Below, in pieces: positions 7,374-11,016 of a stretch of DNA of 11,016 nt; the first letter of the stretch is position 1, and every line of letters starts with the position of its first letter. This stretch comes from Pseudomonadota bacterium. GTDB lineage: Bacteria > UBA10199 > 2-02-FULL-44-16 > JBDRGF01. The stretch covers positions 1 through 11,016 of the forward strand of contig JBDRGF010000056.1 in assembly GCA_043818055.1 (NCBI GenBank), given 5' to 3'. The notes under the pieces are model-generated. The model was given only the letters and a program-made list of their open reading frames with translations. It had not been told where the DNA came from and searched no databases. The translations under genes and the position numbers were made by a program.

Positions 7374-7380
7374 TGGCTTG

Positions 7381-7818
7381 TTAAAGCTTATGGATCACAT
7401 ACGTCACCACGCCCCAGACCTCGAAGCTTGAATCTTCAGTGACATCGATTGGAGAGAATTCTCTGTTTTCGGGCATGAGATAGATTTTGGTTCCGCTCTT
7501 CTTTATGCGCTTGACTGTGAGTTCACCATTTATGGCCGCTATCACGACCCTGTTGTTTGAGGCCTTGAGCGCCCTGTCGACGATGAGGGTGTCGCCCGAA
7601 TAGATGCCCGCCTCCCGCATCGATTCCCCCTCCACCTTTACAAAGAACGTGGCTGAAGGGTGCTTTATGAGGTGCTCGTTGAGATCGAGCTTGTTCTCTA
7701 CAAAATCGTCAGCGGGTGATGGAAAGCCGGCTTGAACACGGGCGATGAAGAGTGGGCGCTTCTGTTCAGCCCCTTTTTCGAAGGCCGAAATTTCAGTTAT
7801 CGTGAGATCCTTTTTCAT
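7381..7818 (-). CDS. umuD: UmuD (S24 autopeptidase subunit of Pol V)
   Basis: VQAGFPSPA cleavage-site motif, catalytic Ser (GESM) and Lys (TVKR), and the VWGVVTYVIH C-terminus. No N-terminal HTH, so it is not LexA. Confidence 0.96.
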   Translation of the reverse strand: MKKDLTITEISAFEKGAEQKRPLFIARVQAGFPSPADDFVENKLDLNEHLIKHPSATFFVKVEGESMREAGIYSGDTLIVDRALKASNNRVVIAAINGELTVKRIKKSGTKIYLMPENREFSPIDVTEDSSFEVWGVVTYVIHKL

Positions 7819-7831
7819 ACTTAGGTATAGC

Positions 7832-7891
7832 GTAGGGGTCGGCCCCTGTGCCGACCCGTTATAATGGGCAACCGCTGGGGGTTGCCCCTAC
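7832..7891. repeat. GTAG REP doublet in the umuD leader
   Basis: GTAGGGGTCGGCCCCTGTGCCGACCC ... GGGCAACCGCTGGGGGTTGCCCCTAC; same subtype as 3432-3485. Confidence 0.85.
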
Positions 7892-7930
7892 AATTTCAAT
7901 AAACATGTATTTTATTTTGCGACAGTTATA

Positions 7931-7957
7931 AGTATATCAGGGGTGGGAAGAGGACAA
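7931..7957 (-). promoter_or_regulatory. Candidate sigma70 extended -10 promoter of umuDC
   Basis: Minus-strand TG-A-TATACT (7939-7931) with TTGTCC (7957-7952) upstream at a short 15-nt spacing. Confidence 0.5.
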
Positions 7958-7972
7958 TAGGAAAGTTGATAT

Positions 7973-8035
7973 GTAGGGGCAGGTTTCAAACCTGCCCCAA
8001 AAACAATTCCGGGCGGGTTTGAAACCCGCCCCTAC
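7973..8035. repeat. GTAG REP doublet (REPIN-like)
   Basis: GTAGGGGCAGGTTTCAAACCTGCCC ... GGGCGGGTTTGAAACCCGCCCCTAC; same subtype as 4322-4383. Confidence 0.85.
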
Positions 8036-8076
8036 AAAAAATCGCACATGTGATGGGGTTTAAGCAAAAAAACCTT

Positions 8077-10680
8077 TTATTCATCTTTTTTTTTGAAGGT
8101 GATTTCAACTTCAGAATGATCACCAAGAAGCAGGCAATCTCCAACGGATATAGGAATTTGTGGTGTGGAAACCTCATAATATTGACCCGACCTTAACAAT
8201 ACAGCACTACCTGATCCCATATCTGTAACAAAGAGCTTTCCATCCTGATCTACGATCAATTTTGCAGCTTGATCCGGAATTTCAGCATTGTTGAACGTTA
8301 TATTTGCATCTCCTCCAGGATTTTTACCGATGATTATCTCTCTGTCCCCTTCTCCAATTCTTTGATCTTTTTGTAATTTTCCATTTACTTTAATTTGCAT
8401 TGTAGCCACACACCTTTGCAATGACGAAGTTCTTCCAACTCCTACCGCTTGCATATTTGGAATGGTATAAGCAGCTGTTTCGGCCTTAGGCGCAGGTACT
8501 ACGCTATACTGCTCGCCAATCTGAGTTTGAGGAGGAGGAATAGCCGGCATCCTGGGTTTTGTTTTGTAAGGATCCTCGATTGGAGGCGTGGCATTCGGCA
8601 GTGTGGCCTCGCCGGGGTCTTCGGGTTCAATTTTATTTAAAAAGAGTCCACCATTATATGAAACTTCATAACAGAGGCTTCCTCCTATTGATATCACATC
8701 TCCATGTGACAAACTCAGAACGTCTGCATCTGTCATATTTTCATTAATGACAGGGATTGAGTCTGGACCTAACAATAACTGAAGACTTGTCGTCCAGCCG
8801 AAAACCCCCAGGTTTCCATCTCCCTTTCGGAAAATTGATAAAATGCTCTCTGGAGAAAAATCTTCTAAAACAAGTAAATTAGATTCTCCTTTGCGGCTTG
8901 TATCTCCAGTAACAAGAAATGATCCTTGATCGCTCAATTTAATTTCAATTTGTTCCGGCGCTGTTGCTGTCATAAAAGCGGGTAAACTGGGAGCTGTTGG
9001 AGTTGAGTCTTCTTGACCAGTTTCTTCTAAATTTGGCAAATCTTTTCTTGTAGGCGTCTCTCCCGAGCCGTTTTCTTCTCGAAGACTACCTGTAGCATTC
9101 GGTGTATTCTCACGAATTTTTGCGGCAGGAGTTCCGGGTACAGTTGTTGGTTTATTGTCCTCTTCGACTTGTGCAGGTTGATCGAAAAATGATTCTTCTG
9201 AAATATCAATCTTAAATCTAAATCCGCAGACCTCGACTATGTCACCATCAACCAGATCTAAACCTTTTGACTTGGGTGAATATTCAACTTCACGAAGGGG
9301 ATTCGTATAATCCAAATTTTCAATTTTAACAGTAATGGATGAATGAGTTGGAGTAATAAAGATGTTATATTCCTGACTATCCGAATCATATAGCACTGTG
9401 AATACTACAAAAGGGGAATCTTCTGTTTGATTATCAACAAAAACAGCAGGCAGTTCGGCGTCAGGGCAAACGATAGAGGGTCTATGGGACGAGGTTGAAA
9501 AGGCCGTCGTTTTCACAAGAAACAGACGTTCATTTCTTAACTCATCGGTCATGCCAAATGGCGCCCTTTCAAATCTAAACGTCGGTATATTTCCCGTAAT
9601 TATTTTAGGAAATCTTATTTCATCACTTTGCGCTTGTTCTGGTTGATCTGCTACAAATCGAAAGAGAGGGTGGCTTTGTCCTGCTCTTGCAGTATGTGGT
9701 CCACCATTGAGAAGACTCTTCAGATGCCTACCGGAAGCAGCAGGGGTTGATGTAAAAACGGGGTTAAACCTTGTAACCGTATATGTAAACCCTCTTCCAT
9801 CATCATCAATCTTCTGAACCTTTACTAAACCACCCCCAATTTCAAAGGTAGTAAAATGATATTTTCTTTCCTTCTCAATTTCAAAATTATCTCCCTGTTC
9901 TAATCTGGAATCACCTTCTTTTACATTTGACCTCGCTCCAGTAACCTCTTCTTTTAGAGCGAAAAAATTTCCCTCTATATCGGTTTGTATGGCGATTATA
10001 TCCAACGTATCGAAGAGAATAATCGGATATCTGCACGCTGCTAATATCTTGGGATTTACACGCCCTGTGATAAGAGAGTTGCCGGGTTTTAAATTTCCGT
10101 TTGGATCGGTATCGAATTGAAAATCAAGCGGAAGAATTTGATCTTCAGGTCCGAGAAGACATGGCCATGTTTTATTTAAATCGGGTTCTTGAGCCTTTAC
10201 TGAATCTCTATTCTGATCTATTCTATACCCAATCTTCTGACCTTGAAATTCAATATTTCCCTCTTCCGGCAGCCAAAGACCATCAATTCCGGGGGGTAGA
10301 GGATTACCATTCAATCTCACACCTTCATTCATACTGGTCAAAAGCAACCAACGGCCAAAATCCCCAACTCCGCGACATTTTATTTCACACACCCTGTTCT
10401 TATGACCGACTGTGATAACGCCATCATTGATGCTTCCACCTATACCTATCTCCGTTCCAACATTCAAACGCCTCAATGGTAGAACCAACTGAGGTTCTCC
10501 ATTGACCGAAGAAATTCCCATATTCACATCGTGTAACGGATTTACCATCCAGCCTGACCAGTTTTGAGAGGATGCGGATTTGTTACTCAATGACTGAGCC
10601 CGAGCTGGTGCACTTGGTGGATTCAATTTCACTAATGAATTTGTGCCGACACCTGTGCCTGGTAATTTTCCAATACTCAC
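8077..10680 (-). CDS. Large hypothetical protein with multiple degenerate FHA-like domains and Thr/Pro-rich linkers
   Basis: 867-aa open frame with a GTG start and SD AAGGAG. The C-terminal EIIIGKNP...LFVTDMGS...ISVGDCLLLG resembles FHA. Similar L..GD.I.I/V endings occur near aa 260-268, 476-490 and 657-673, and GVRLNG occurs at aa 120-125. Confidence 0.75.
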   Translation of the reverse strand: MSIGKLPGTGVGTNSLVKLNPPSAPARAQSLSNKSASSQNWSGWMVNPLHDVNMGISSVNGEPQLVLPLRRLNVGTEIGIGGSINDGVITVGHKNRVCEIKCRGVGDFGRWLLLTSMNEGVRLNGNPLPPGIDGLWLPEEGNIEFQGQKIGYRIDQNRDSVKAQEPDLNKTWPCLLGPEDQILPLDFQFDTDPNGNLKPGNSLITGRVNPKILAACRYPIILFDTLDIIAIQTDIEGNFFALKEEVTGARSNVKEGDSRLEQGDNFEIEKERKYHFTTFEIGGGLVKVQKIDDDGRGFTYTVTRFNPVFTSTPAASGRHLKSLLNGGPHTARAGQSHPLFRFVADQPEQAQSDEIRFPKIITGNIPTFRFERAPFGMTDELRNERLFLVKTTAFSTSSHRPSIVCPDAELPAVFVDNQTEDSPFVVFTVLYDSDSQEYNIFITPTHSSITVKIENLDYTNPLREVEYSPKSKGLDLVDGDIVEVCGFRFKIDISEESFFDQPAQVEEDNKPTTVPGTPAAKIRENTPNATGSLREENGSGETPTRKDLPNLEETGQEDSTPTAPSLPAFMTATAPEQIEIKLSDQGSFLVTGDTSRKGESNLLVLEDFSPESILSIFRKGDGNLGVFGWTTSLQLLLGPDSIPVINENMTDADVLSLSHGDVISIGGSLCYEVSYNGGLFLNKIEPEDPGEATLPNATPPIEDPYKTKPRMPAIPPPQTQIGEQYSVVPAPKAETAAYTIPNMQAVGVGRTSSLQRCVATMQIKVNGKLQKDQRIGEGDREIIIGKNPGGDANITFNNAEIPDQAAKLIVDQDGKLFVTDMGSGSAVLLRSGQYYEVSTPQIPISVGDCLLLGDHSEVEITFKKKDE

Positions 10681-10713
10681 TTAAAACTCCTTTAGCCCCC
10701 CATACTGCTAATA

Positions 10714-10741
10714 TTATCGGATGAACTGCTGATTTTGTTGC
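10714..10741 (-). promoter_or_regulatory. Sigma28 (FliA/SigD)-like promoter
   Basis: Minus-strand TCCGATAA (10721-10714) is a 7/8 match to the GCCGATAA -10 box, about 33 nt upstream of the GTG start. The -35 (GCAA versus TAAA) is weak. Confidence 0.5.
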
Positions 10742-10890
10742 TAATTAACCGGCCAAAAAGTGTACTTTTTTTAGGTTGTTTTTAAGTTATTGTTTTTAAA
10801 AGATAATATTTTATCTGTTTTTCCATATTTTTGTCTCTTCGTAGTTTTTGAGCTTTTAAGATTTTTATTTTTCAGAAAATTCGCAGCCGA

Positions 10891-11015
10891 AGCTGTGGAT
10901 ATGTGGGAAAGTCGATGAGGTTGCGAAGATTGTGGACAGGGGGTGGAAAACGGTCTCTTTGTTTTCCACGCCCTGTCCACAATCTTCGCGTCGACTTTTC
11001 CATATATCCACAGCT
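10891..11015. repeat. 125-bp long palindrome carrying eight DnaA-box-like 9-mers
   Basis: Outer arms 10891-10915/10991-11015 pair at 23/25 and inner arms 10923-10951/10961-10989 at 28/29, with a 9-nt loop. It contains TGTGGATAT, TGTGGGAAA, TGTGGACAG, GGTGGAAAA and their mirror copies. Confidence 0.8.
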
Positions 11016-11016
11016 G

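Noticed and set aside
6585..7442. Plus-strand ORFs 6585-6944 and 7065-7442
   Set aside because: Antisense to umuC/umuD with no independent support.
663..8035. Recurrent GTAGGGG repeats as a CRISPR array or integron attC sites
   Set aside because: They are dispersed in inverted pairs rather than regularly spaced, with no cas genes, no integrase and no RYYYAAC/GTTRRRY attC ends.
7986..8177. 63-aa minus-strand ORF
   Set aside because: It overlaps the end of the 867-aa gene out of frame, and its tail (CRGGFQTRP) is translated REP sequence.
8449..10415. Short ORFs nested within the 867-aa gene
   Set aside because: Alternative-frame or antisense ORFs with no motifs or ribosome-binding sites.
10771..10980. 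69-aa Lys-rich minus-strand ORF
   Set aside because: It starts inside the long palindrome, and its composition simply reflects the T-rich tract.

Overview
An 11 kb bacterial chromosomal segment in which every credible gene is on the minus strand. In transcription order (right to left): an 867-aa orphan with several degenerate FHA-like domains behind a sigma28-like promoter; umuD-umuC (Pol V); an MNT-type nucleotidyltransferase followed by a broken or frameshifted partner ORF; pgl; a TIGR02757/DUF2400-like protein; a metal permease with an HMA domain; a membrane 4Fe-4S protein; rubrerythrin; and a truncated second MNT gene. The most unusual features are non-coding. (1) At the left edge, the 5' end of a group II intron sits directly after the hairpin of a REP-like palindrome. 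The partner palindrome is split by a 131-bp MITE (18-bp TIRs, TAC duplication) that itself carries another palindrome pair. (2) A 35-bp inverted repeat built from heptamers separates umuD from umuC and contains the only in-frame umuC start codon. (3) At the right edge, a 125-bp near-perfect palindrome holds eight DnaA-box-like 9-mers beside an AT-rich tract. Several GTAG-type REPs fill the intergenic spaces. All calls come from reading motifs by eye; no searches were run.
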